Of a DNA stretch of 64,000 nucleotides, positions 37,970-50,645 are shown piece by piece. Location: assembly GCF_001194135.2 (NCBI RefSeq), contig NC_068992.1, positions 52,433,161 to 52,497,160 on the forward strand, given 5' to 3'. Position numbers and translations under genes: made by a program. The first letter of the stretch is position 1, and each line of letters begins with the position of its first letter. Source of the DNA: Octopus bimaculoides. Its lineage: Eukaryota. The notes under the pieces are model-generated. The model was not told the DNA's origin. It saw nothing but the letters and a program-made list of their open reading frames with translations, and did no database searches.

Positions 37970-39639
37970 GATGTCAGTGTTGTTTTCATTCTTCTGTAAT
38001 TTAGACAATTTATACACTGCACCCTGCATCAATTTAGATATGCATATATCTCACACACCCAAATCTATCTCTGTCACTCTCATTCTCTCTCTCTCCATCT
38101 ATCTATCTCCCTATATATATATATACACATCAGTGGCGTGCGGTGCCTTCCGGGGTTGGGCATGCAATGAATCCCCCTCCCCCACTGGCAATTTTCCAGT
38201 AAAAGAATTTTCGTATTCCTACGATTTACATAGGGGAGATTCTGAATATGCAGTCACCCCCGTATGATCTAGAATAAGCAGGGNNNNNNNNNNCGATTCT
38301 GCATTAGCCCCTATACCTATTGGCTCAGCTGAATCAATTTGAATTGATTTAATAAAGAGAACACATTCAGTTACATTATATGGCCATGGTTTTAGATAGA
38401 CTACACCCAGCAGCACAGAAGGGAAAACCTATGTAGGTTAGCTGTTACGAAGAAGTCGAACCATTTCTCCTGCGAAACAATACTGATGTAAGAAGGTCGA
38501 AACTTACGTTATAACAAACACTAACCAAAACCTGCAATATATGCCCTTTAATATATTAAGTTTTTTTTTTAATGTTCTAAAATGTTATTTACCCCATTTA
38601 TAAATTAATTCAATTCTTCGATCTTTCTGGACAAATATATCTATCATATTTTCGTAGAAATCTTCTCTTTTCGTCAATTGTTGTAATAAATCTTTTTCAA
38701 TTGACATTAGTGCTAACCCAGACAGTTTTCTTTCTCCTGTCGCATTTCTTTGGTATATTTAGACTCTACTTAATACAGAANNNNNNNNNNNNNNNNNNNN
38801 NNNNNNNNNNNNNNNNNNNNNNNNNNNNNNNNNNNNNNNNNNNNNNNNNNNNNNNNNNNNNNNNNNNNNNNNNNNNNNNNNNNNNNNNNNNNNNNNNNNN
38901 NNNNNNNNNNNNNNNNNNNNNNNNNNNNNNNNNNNNNNNNNNNNNNNNNNNNNNNNNNNNNNNNNNNNNNNNNNNNNNNNNNNNNNNNNNNNNNNNNNNN
39001 NNNNNNNNNNNNNNNNNNNNNNNNNNNNNNNNNNNNNNNNNNNNNNNNNNNNNNNNNNNNNNNNNNNNNNNNNNNNNNNNNNNNNNNNNNNNNNNNNNNN
39101 NNNNNNNNNNNNNNNNNNNNNNNNNNNNNNNNNNNNNNNNNNNNNNNNNNNNNNNNNNNNNNNNNNNNNNNNNNNNNNNNNNNNNNNNNNNNNNNNNNNN
39201 NNNNNNNNNNNNNNNNNNNNNNNNNNNNNNNNNNNNNNNNNNNNNNNNNNNNNNNNNNNNNNNNNNNNNNNNNNNNNNNNNNNNNNNNNNNNNNNNNNNN
39301 NNNNNNNNNNNNNNNNNNNNNNNNNNNNNNNNNNNNNNNNNNNNNNNNNNNNNNNNNNNNNNNNNNNNNNNNNNNNNNNNNNNNNNNNNNNNNNNNNNNN
39401 NNNNNNNNNNNNNNNNNNNNNNNNNNNNNNNNNNNNNNNNNNNNNNNNNNNNNNNNNNNNNNNNNNNNNNNNNNNNNNNNNNNNNNNNNNNNNNNNNNNN
39501 NNNNNNNNNNNNNNNNNNNNNNNNNNNNNNNNNNNNNNNNNNNNNNNNNNNAGTCAATTTCAACAAAACGAAAAAATAACGTTAGTAAAATTAATTAAAG
39601 ATTAATTAGCTACTTCTGAAATAAGAAATTCAAACTTAC

Positions 39640-39830
39640 CGCCAGTTTATTCCGACATTTCAGTTGGCTAACTCAGGAATTATGGGATTGCCCTTTGTTC
39701 GTGTCAGAAAGTGGAACGAGGTTAGCAACAATTCTACACTAACAAAGAGACAGAGAGGGGGTGTCACGTGGTCTTCTTCTCAAAGCAGACGTACGAGTCA
39801 GTGAGAGAGGGGGAAGTGGAGGAAGAATAT
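39640..39830 (-). promoter_or_regulatory. Putative promoter and non-coding first exon
   Basis: Strong minus donor GCG|GTAAGT (intron starts at 39639), GTCACGTGG E-box (CACGTG at 39765-39770), TAGCAAC RFX half-site at ~39723-39729, local CpG retention, no open frame into the donor. Confidence 0.45.
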
Positions 39831-40165
39831 TTTGAAAACACCTGGATGGAGTTTCTTTGAAACAAAAGTAACTATTTTATCTAATTTTCCGATGATATGG
39901 ACAAAAAATCACAGACCATGCAGCGCTTACCTTGCATGCCTGAGAGTGCACGCCCGTGATACACATACACACGCACACATACACATGCACATACACATAC
40001 ACATACACACGCACACACAAACGTTATTTCGGTTCAATTTTCCTTGAAGACTTCAGTTGAAGAAACAAAAACACTAATAACAAATTATCCAAAATTTCGA
40101 CTGCCTACATATACATAGATACATATTATATACATAGAAACACACACACACACACACACACACAT

Positions 40166-40212
<47 letters not shown>

Positions 40213-40832
40213 CAAGCACACACAGTACACACGCATACATACACGGGCATGTATACATACATTCAAGCATACATACACGAACATTTGTACATATAAGGAT
40301 AGATAGGTGTGCATTGTCACTGACTGAAGTATTGCAAAGTGAGAAGAGCAATGTAGAATGAAGTGGAAGTAATTGAAAAGCAGACCTATATAGCGTTATC
40401 TAGAAAATTTGTTTCAGAACAAGAACAATGTGGTAAGTGATAATGATAATGCATTATCTCTTTCATGATTCCTTCAGGTATTATTGGTTATAAAAATGAC
40501 ACATAAGAAAGAGTAGTGTAGCTAATAAGAGAATTCAGCTAATGTCGCTGCCGTCATCGTAGTCATCTTTATCATCATCTTCATCATCATCATGAAAAGG
40601 ATGATGATGGTGATGACGACAACAACAACAGCAGTACTACAAGAAACACCATAAAAAAAAAACTAAAATCAATGGAGCAAACAGCAACACAAGCACCACC
40701 ACCACCAACTACAACACCGCAACCATTATTATCATCATTTTGATGCCTGTCTTTCTTTTGCTGGTATGGGTTGACTTGTATATACGATAATATTTTATGA
40801 CTGGATGCCCTACATATTTTACATGTGTAAAG

Positions 40833-40872
<40 letters not shown>

Positions 40873-40933
40873 TTAACTATCTATCTATCTATCTATCTAT
40901 TTATCTATCTGTCTATTTATCTATCTATCTATC

Positions 40934-40964
<31 letters not shown>

Positions 40965-41077
40965 GTGTCTGTGAAAAATCAATTAAAGCTTGACATCATT
41001 TTTCTCAATCTGCTGAGAAATAATTAAACTTGCTAGGTTTATGTCTACTGCATTTAAGCATTACAAAGCCAACAATC

Positions 41078-41570
41078 AGGTGCAGGCATGGCTGTGCGGT
41101 AAGAAGCTTGCTTCCCAACCACATGGTTCTGAGTTCAGTCCCATTGTGTGGCACATTGGAGTGATTAGCATTAGGAAGGGCATCCAGCTGTAGAAACTAT
41201 GCCAAATCAGATAGGAACTTGTTGCAGCCTCCTGGCTTGCCAGTCCTCAGTCATACTGTCAACCCCATAGTAGCATGGAAAGTGGACATTAAACGATGAT
41301 GATGATGATATGTATGTATATATGTATGTGTGTGTGTGTGTGTGTGTGTCTTTTGTATGTGTTTGTCCCCCCCCACCATCACTTGACAACCGATGTTGGT
41401 GTGTTTACCTCCCCATAACTAAACAGTTCAGCACAAAAGACAGGTATAATAAGTACTAGTCTTACAAAGAATAAGTCCTGGGGTTGGTTTGTTTGACTAA
41501 AATACCTCTTTAATGTGATGCTCCAGCATGATCACAGTGAAATGCCTGAAACAAATAAATGAATAAAAGA
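41078..41570 (+). mobile_element. SINE B head, RTE tail (41160-41310) and SINE B tail
   Basis: Each block matches other copies in the window. Confidence 0.85.
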
Positions 41571-41597
41571 ATCTATATATAAATATATATATATATT

Positions 41598-42180
41598 CTT
41601 TTATTCTTTTACTTGTTTCAGTCATTTGGCTGTGGCCACGCTGGAGCACTGCCTTTAGTCAAGTAAATCGACCGCAGGACTTATTCTCAGTAAGCCTAGT
41701 ACTTATTATATCGGTCTCTTTAGCTGAACCACTAAGTTATGGGGATGTAAATGCACCAGCATCAGTTGTCAAGTGATGTTGGCAGGGACGAACACAGACA
41801 CACAAACATATATTTATATATATATATATATNNNNNNNNNNNNNNNNNNNNNNNNNNNNNNNNNNNNNNNNNNNNNNNNNNNNNNNNNNNNNNNNNNNNN
41901 NNNNNNNNNNNNNNNNNNNNNNNNNNNNNNNNNNNNNNNNNNNNNNNNNNNNNNNNNNNNNNNNNNNNNNNNNNNNNNNNNNNNNNNNNNNNNNNNNNNN
42001 NNNNNTATACAACAGGCTTCTTTCAGTTTCTGTCTACGAAATCCACTCACAAGGCTTTGGTCGGCCTGGGGATATAGTAGAAGACACTTGCCTAAAGTGT
42101 CACGCAGTGGGACTGAACCAAGAACCATGTGGTTGTTAAGTAAGCTACTTACCACACAGCCACTCCTGCACCTCACAGCC
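41598..42180 (-). mobile_element. SINE family B, full length, gap in the internal (TA)n
   Basis: Tail-to-tail with the preceding copy. Confidence 0.9.
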
Positions 42181-42424
42181 ACTCTTATGCCTATATATTT
42201 ATTTATTGATAATCACTAATTTCGGGGTTCGTTCCCACTGTGTTGTACATTGGTTAAGTTTTTCTACTCTATTTCTGGACCTATTAAGACCTTATGAGTG
42301 AATCTGTAAGATAGAAAATGTGTGGAAACCCACTACATATGTATGCATATACATATGTATTTATTATGCATATATACTAACTGAAAGTCTTGATTGCCAG
42401 TTCTCTGAGTTACTCACTTCCAAT

Positions 42425-42836
42425 CATCTTCTTGTAAGCTGAGCCTTGTTTACTTTTGAACATTCACTATCTGAATATTTTTGTGAAATATGAAATAAAA
42501 CTTTGAATATAACATTTATCGTTATATTCTTTCATTTCAACTGTATGGAGTTCATGACATTTTTACAATTATATCACCATGAGAACCAGAAAAGAAATCA
42601 AAAACATGAGCTTTAAGTGGGCATTTTGCACATCTTCTTGTAAGCTGGGCCTTGTTTTCTTCTGAACATTTTCTATCTGGATATTTTTGTGAAATATGAA
42701 ATAAATGTTTGAATGAAACACTTATCATTATGTTCTTCTATTTCAACTGTATGGAGTTTATGACATTTTTACAATTATATCACCATGAGAACCAGAAATG
42801 AAATCAAAAGCAGGAACTTTAAGTGGCCGTTTTTCA
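42425..42836. repeat. Two-copy tandem duplication, 206-bp period
   Basis: CATCTTCTTGTAAGCTG starts at 42425 and 42631; the units align throughout with scattered substitutions. Confidence 0.93.
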
Positions 42837-43179
42837 AACATGTTGTTCACAAAGTTTTCTAAATAAAAGAACAAGCTCTCATGTCATATCTCAAAAAGTA
42901 TTCAGACAGGGGATATTCAAAAGAAACCAAAGTTTGATTTACCAGCTGAGGATCGAAACAAGCAACTCTGAGTACTGGAAATCAAAGCCTTTCCATTATG
43001 CTGGTCTTCCATAAACAACCTTGTCCGGACTTGTACCTCAGAGGGTAATTTTCTAGGTGCAATCCTATGGTCAATGATGACCGAAGGGGGTCTCAGCATA
43101 TATATATACATATGTATGTATGTAGGCATGTATGTATGTATATATGTATATATGTATGTATGAATATATGTGTGTGTAT

Positions 43180-43425
43180 CTATGTTTATGTGTGTCTTTG
43201 TGTCTGTGTTTGTCCCGTTCCCCCACTGCTTGACAACCGGTGTTAGTGTGTTTACATCCCTGTAACTTAACAGCTTGGTAAAAGTGACCGATAGAATAAG
43301 TACTAAGCTTTAAAAAATAAGTCCTGGTATCGATTTATTTAAATAAAACCCTTCAAGGTAGTGCTCCAGCATGGCTGCAGTCAAATAACTGAATCAAGCA
43401 AAAGAATAAAAGAATAAAAGAATGT
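43180..43425 (+). mobile_element. SINE family B tail
   Basis: GTGTTTGTCCC...CTTGACAACCGGTGTT...CAAAAGAATAAAAGAATAAAAGAA. Confidence 0.88.
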
Positions 43426-45059
43426 ATATATAAAGAGGAATCAGCTGGAAAGGAATATTATTGAGTCAAGAACGATGAAATGAGTATTAGAGAAATATTA
43501 CATTTAAAACAACATTCTGATTGTATGAAAGAATTTGTAAGACATGTGTAAGTAAATACAGTCTCTAGAATTTTCCTTTCTATAAAAAAACTGTAATATC
43601 TATTATATTGGTCCCTGATGATTGCTATGAATAGAAACATCTGAGATTTGAAACAAGAATATGAGGGTTTTCAGTCGCATCTTTTCTAAAAGTGTTAGCA
43701 ACTGCTTGAGACAAATCAAATCTGAATATTTGGAGAAGAGATGCAGAAATTAATGCATGAGATACACATACACAGGTTCACATATATAATCATATGTATC
43801 AATGTATAAACATGACACATCATTCTCTATGTAATCCCACATTCCAACAAGCTCTGTTAAGGAATTGCATACATCAAGTAAATGCGTATCTGTATGTTAC
43901 AAACCATAGTTCTTTAACTCAAAGCAATAAGAAAATTCGTTAGTAAAACCTTAACGAAATAGAACAATTATGAAGACAGATGTAAAATATCTCACATTTC
44001 ATTCCTGTGAGGATAAATTTCTCCTTTTCTTAAATTCAGCACATTTATTGGAAGTGGAATTATGAAGAATTATATTGCATCGATAAGATGGCAAGCAAAA
44101 GGGCAAATGTAAGGAAGATTACCAGAGGTGCTATTATGTAAAATAATATTCAGTAAGAATTGCACAGCAAATTTGGGGGATTTAAAATAGATTAATGGAA
44201 AAAGGAATATACATATATACATAAATATGTATATGTATGTATGCATATATATANNNNNNNNNNNNNNNNNNNNNNNNNNNNNNNNNNNNNNNNNNNNNNN
44301 NNNNNNNNNNNNNNNNNNNNNNNNNNNNNNNNNNNNNNNNNNNNNNNNNNNNNNNNNNNNNNNNNNNNNNTATATATATATATATATGTATATATATACA
44401 CACATATATCAGTCTGTGTGTGTAGTGAAAAAAAAGACTAGCAAAGGAAATCAGAATCAGAGAAATATATGAAAGAATTCGTTATTCAATCAGATGATCG
44501 ACAAATTAGGATAGATAATTCTATCAGTATAAAGAATGCTTTGTGGCAACTTTAATACCAATGCAATATGTATAAAGCTCTGTGAATATCTGTGAAGAAA
44601 GTACAAATAGAGAAAAACATCCAAATATTGGCATTATGCTGTAAGATTGGAATATTCAAGTGAAGGGAATAAGCTGTCAGAAATGAAATATTAGCACTGA
44701 ATAGAAAAAAAAAAAAAAAAGCAAAAGGGTTTAGAATATTGATTAATAGGTAATGGTGTGAATGCAGGGCATTTGGTAAAATGGAGATTGCAGGAATGGT
44801 AAGTGGAAATATTTTTCCAAGACCGTTCTATAAGCACGAGGCATAAGCCACATGATATACATATTTTCGGACACACGCACACACACACACATATATATAT
44901 ATATACATATATACATATTGTATATATGCATACACATTCACTCTCAGGTATATGTGTTCCATATATAAATACAATATACATATATACACACATACCTGAG
45001 AGTGGCTGTGTGTATGTGCTAAATACTTCAATACATCAATATATATATANNNNNNNNNN

Positions 45060-45103
<44 letters not shown>

Positions 45104-45739
45104 TAGTTAGATAGATAAACAGACAGGACAGACCTACAGATATATGGAGAGAGAGTGAACAAGAGAAGAAGCTAGACAGAAAGGTGATCAAAGAGATAGG
45201 CAAGCAAAATCGTTAAAATTAAAAGCAATTTTCCTTTTCATTGCTTATTTCTTTACTTCTTTATTTACCATTGTCCATTTGAATAATGTGCCAAGAAATA
45301 TTTGGTGCTTTTACATCTGATCAACTTTATCATAAGTTTGTGTTTTATATTTTTTAAAGAAAGAATTTTCTCTTTATTCATGTCTATAAGTTTTAATATT
45401 CCAATCAGAATATCTGCCAGGAATTCCTGGACCAAAGTATATCCCTTCTCACAGAGAGAGATTCTCTCCCATAAGCTGTTAATATTTTGTCAATGGGCTG
45501 AAAATACAGACACAAATATGGAAGCACATTTGCACATATATGCACATCTTTATATATCCACACATACGTATGCATATGCACACATACATCCAGAGATATA
45601 CTTTAGATATTTATGTATAAATGCATATATATGCATATATATATATATATATGTATGTGCTAAATACTTCAATACATCAATATATATACATATACTTACA
45701 CACACGTTTGTATATATGTATGCATGTATATAGATGAAT

Positions 45740-45771
<32 letters not shown>

Positions 45772-46651
45772 GTATATGTATACACACACTATATATATAT
45801 ATATAGTGTGCATATATATACACACACTATATATATATGTATATATGTGGACCTATATACATATGTACATATATATTAATTTCTGCCAAGACACACACAC
45901 ATTGCATAAATGTAGAACAGCTGTCTTGTATTGAAAATACATTTGTGTTCTACTTTTATTTTTATATGAATTTTTTGTTTCCGTATTTTCTCATGATTTA
46001 CTTACCATTTGTTTAAGAACAGTAACATTTCTAAATCCCTCAGAACCATTTCTAGTCATTCATTTTCTCATCTTGGGGATGAAATGTTACTAGCATATGG
46101 TGCTGATGTTATGCAGGTCTAACATCATTGGTATACACCAGTTGTTCTCAACCTTTCATAAAACACTGCACAGGTTTTCACTGAAAAACATTTTTGCAAA
46201 CACTTTCTACTCTATGTTCAGGAAAAAGAACTGAATAAATAAACAAAAAATCCAGCTGATTATTAAATTCATGCAGAAACTAATTATCTACAGTTGCTTA
46301 TTTTCTATATTTTCTCGAAGTATTTCATCCAATTTGTATCATTGTTTTTGATATTTGTTTGTACAACTATTACATATTTTAAATTTTTATCAAAGTTCAA
46401 GAAAAAAGTGACAACTTCATAATGAAATTTTTTATTTAGATTTATATTATTAATGCACGTAAATGAATATAAAATAATACAAAGAAAGAACAATATTATA
46501 ATTTTAATTCTAAGCATAATACATTTAATTATATAACTAGTGTTAATGGATTAAATTATATCAGTATTTGGCTGCATTTCCGTTTTAAAAAATGATGTAT
46601 CCTTATATATAAGTAAATAAATAAGTATAGACAGATAGTTATATACACACA

Positions 46652-46914
46652 TCATCATCATCATCATCAACGTTTAACGTCCACTTTCCATGCTAGCATA
46701 GGTTGGAGTATTTGACTGAGTACTGGTGAACCGGATGGCTGCACAAGGCTCCATATATATGTATATATTTGTATATCATCATCATCATCATCATCGTTTA
46801 ACGTCCGCTTTCCATGCTAGCATGGGTTGGACGATTTGACTGAGGAATGGTGAAACCGGATGGCAACACCAGGCTCCAGTCTAATTTGGCAGAGTTTCTA
46901 CAGCTGGATGCCCT

Positions 46915-46915
<1 letters not shown>
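46652..46915 (-). mobile_element. Two tandem RTE 3' ends in (TA)n
   Basis: (CAT)n-CGTTTAACGTCC(A/G)CTTTCCATGCTAGCAT occurs at ~46652 and ~46778. Confidence 0.88.
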
Positions 46916-46951
<36 letters not shown>

Positions 46952-48069
46952 NNNNNNNNNNNNNNNNNNNNNNNNNNNNNNNNNNNNNNNNNNNNNNNNN
47001 NNNNNNNNNNNNNNNNNNNNNNNNNNNNNNNNNNNNNNNNNNNNNNNNNNNNNNNNNNNNNNNNNNNNNNNNNNNNNNNNNNNNNNNNNNNNNNNNNNNN
47101 NNNNNNNNNNNNNNNNNNNNNNNNNNNNNNNNNNNNNNNNNNNNNNNNNNNNNNNNNNNNNNNNNNNNNNNNNNNNNNNNNNNNNNNNNNNNNNNNNNNN
47201 NNNNNNNNNNNNNNNNNNNNNNNNNNNNNNNNNNNNNNNNNNNNNNNNNNNNNNNNNNNNNNNNNNNNNNNNNNNNNNNNNNNNNNNNNNNNNNNNNNNN
47301 NNNNNNNNNNNNNNNNNNNNNNNNNNNNNNNNNNNNNNNNNNNNNNNNNNNNNNNNNNNNNNNNNNNNNNNNNNNNTATATATTTATACAAACACATATA
47401 CACATGCACCCACACACACTCACACAAAATAGGTTTCCATTACCCTGTAAACTGTGTATAACCTTATTTTAACCCTTTCAATTTTAATTTCTGAAATGTT
47501 CTAATCCATTTCTTGCTGGCAAGAGTCTGGTTTTGATGTCATTTTCAAAGATTTTAATACTTTCCTAAACTTAAGTTTTTCTTTATGAAGGTTGGATTTT
47601 TTCCAGTTTTCTTATACTAACAGGATTTTTAATATGCTGGATAAAATGTTTTGTGGTACTTGCTTTCACTTGGATAAATTCTGAGTTCAGATCTCGCTTT
47701 GTAAATGAGACGAGACTTCAAGTTTTTCCTTTTGGGGGTTGATAGATTTTATTAAGTGTACAGAAATTATTATTATTATTATTATTATTATTATCATTCC
47801 TGATCAACCTTTTCATGTTTCACTTTAAGAGGAAGACAAGAGTAGAGTGAGAAGTGTTGCCTTCTTGTCAATTTGCTGAAAAGCAGATGAAAGTGGCAAA
47901 AATGGTACAAGTGAACAGGCCTGCCCTGAGCATACACCTGTAATTGTGAAACAAGAAAGGAGAGAAGGCACCTACCCCAAAAGTCAAGGCACCAATGGTT
48001 TCTATGGGATTTTTCCATGAGGAGCCCTAGAAGTCTCCTCCCTATTGAGGATTATACCTTGTTGGGTTC

Positions 48070-48210
48070 AAATGCTCCCAGGGTTGACTTCACTTTTCAT
48101 TCTTTCAGGGTTGATAAAATAAGTACCAGTTGAGCACTGGGGCTGATATAATTGACTTAAGCCCTTCCTCAAAATTGCTAGCCTTGTGCAACAATTTGAA
48201 ACCAATATTT
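48070..48210 (+). mobile_element. SINE family C
   Basis: GGTTCAAATGCTCCCAGGGTTGACTTCACTTTTCATTCTTTCAGGGTTGATAAAATAAGTACCAGTT. Confidence 0.8.
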
Positions 48211-49199
48211 TTCTTCAAATTTCACAACCATGTTTCAAACTAAATATACATTGCCTTTTTTCATTATTTAAAAAATAATCATGATTGTGGAGAGATATGA
48301 TTTAATAAAATAATTTCGTTATTACAAACCTGCAGTTCAGAATGTAGCTTCACAAAAGACGTTTAATATAAAATTACAACAGATTTTAATTTGAAAATGC
48401 ACTCTTTAAGGAGTAATGGGTTTGCATGAGAGAACTTCAAGCTGTCATATGCAAGTTGTTGTCACAAGTGTTAAAGCTGACTAATATCAACTGTTTCCTT
48501 ATTCTACTATTCAACAAAGTAAGAAGATATTTGGTCTGTCCAACACAATCTGGCTGTAATCGTTGGCCGTTTATAATTTAATGACCTGACATTTGCAACA
48601 ATCTGATTGCAACATTTATGAAATCTAGAGATCTTTCTGTAATGATATTTTTCAGGAAACTAAATAAATTTGATTTTCGGTTAAGAGATTACAACTTGCC
48701 TAATCTTTCAACCAATCACTGAAATAATCTTTATATGTGATTTGTGGAATCACAGTTGCTTCATATCTGTGCAATATCATATTTCTTAGATCGTCTCAAT
48801 GTTCACTGTGCATAATAAGCAGGATATTTAACAGGGAAGGGAAGAGAATTTGATTTACTGTGACCCCTGCATGACCTCAATAATGAACGAAGATACAATA
48901 CAACATGCTTTAAGTGGGAATGGAAATTATGTAGAATGTTTTAGCTGAAAGTCTGTTGATGCTGTATATTCTGCTGCATTTCTTGAAATCGGTAGAAACT
49001 ACATTAATTGTAGAAAAGTAAGTGTTTTAGAATGGTATGAATCTACGTGTGACACAAGTTCAGGCCTAGTATAGGCAATTATTCTTCATTTATATATTGT
49101 AACTGTGATATCTTCTTATGGATGATGGTTTGCAAAGGGAAGCACCTCAATATGCTGATTTAAAGAACCAAAGAATGAACTTCTATGCAATCACTTCAC

Positions 49200-49286
49200 C
49201 TGCTAGAAATGGTATCCTAATGTCATTCCACTCAAACAGATTCAAGACCCAAGATATCTCATAGAAATAGTTGATATAATTCTGAT
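49200..49286 (-). CDS. Candidate internal exon (87 nt, symmetric phase 1)
   Basis: Acceptor CTCTTTAATTTGTGATTTACAAG|, donor GCAG|GTGAAG, open frame xQNYINYFYEISWVLNLFEWNDIRIPFLA. No homology recognised. Confidence 0.2.
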
Positions 49287-50479
49287 CTTGTAAATCACAA
49301 ATTAAAGAGAGAGGTGGGGAGGACAAGAGGGAGAAATGGAAAATGTATGATTGTATTTGTAAATCATAGAATCTATGTGTGTTTGTGCAGGTGGGGGGGG
49401 GGGACATGTTTGATGATTGTAATGCAGAATGCTGCAAACGGAGAATACTGTAAGGTAGATGTATTGAAGAACGGAGTCTTTGATACACTATGTAATTAAT
49501 AGATGTAAATGGTAGACGATTCTGACAGGAATGCTTTTGTTTTTGGTGTTTCACAGGTCAACACAAACAGGGCTAAATTAGGGCTGAAAATTAAATGCTG
49601 CACAATGTACTACAAAAAAGAATATTTATCACTGGCAGCAAACTGATGTATTAATCATTTGAAACCTTTTGTATATTAATTGAAGTATCACTAACGGAAA
49701 TTTATCTTAAAATTTTAAGACATCTACCTAAATATACTGATGAAAAATCAATAGATATTGTAATAAAGGCTCACCTTCCCTCTCAATTTATGTTTTTCAC
49801 TTACTCTTTTTATTATCCTTTCTCTTAATTCTTTGTGACTGGCAGTATAATTTCCTTGTTCAGTTCTATCCAATAAATACTAATTTTATATGTGACATAT
49901 CAGTGATTTCATTATTGAGAGCTCTAGAAAGTGTAACCTTGTTGCTCTTGAGATCAGTATTTTTTTTTTGGGGGGGGGGAGTAATTTACTAGCAACCAAA
50001 TTGCCTGCTGTCCCCCTCTTCATCAAACTTTCATCTTCTATATTTGACAATCTGGAGTTAGATTAACTCATCTCCTCCAGTATTGATGTTATACACTTTT
50101 ACTCTATGTGTATCAGCTCAGATATTCTCATCAATTTAGATATATATTTCATATTTTTCCAGCAGTATATTAATAAGCTGATCACTGTAAATTATGACAT
50201 AAAATCTCCTATACAGCATCCTTTCTTCTAATGAACAGCCAAATCTCTCTTAAATTACATTATACTCTCTTAAGGAATAGGAAGGAAACATATGTATCCA
50301 AGAAAATGTAGTTCAAAATATCGATATACTTTAAGTCTACATGTCTGCTTTGAGCCTCCAGGCACATGAACCCAGAGTTTCTCTTGATTTCTGTGGCAAA
50401 TGACTTAAACAACAACAACAACAACAACAATAATAATAATAATAATAATCCTTTTGTGAGAGGGAACTAGACAGTTACT

Positions 50480-50645
50480 TTAACACTAGTGCTTGAATGA
50501 CACTTCTTTCATTGATCCCAGAGGGATGAAAAGTGTAGTTGCCCATGGTGGCATTTGAACTCAGAACATAAAGGCAGAAGAATGCCACTAAGCATTTTGT
50601 CTGACATGATAACAATTCTGTTAGCTCACCATACCACCTTAATGA
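50480..50645 (-). mobile_element. SINE family C
   Basis: GGATGAAAAG...GGCATTTGAACTCAGAACATAAAGGCAG...TTCTGTTAGCTCACC. Confidence 0.8.

Noticed and set aside
38130-38320. hAT-like terminus CAGTGGCGTG
   Set aside because: No matching right end or TSD was found, and a small gap interrupts the region.
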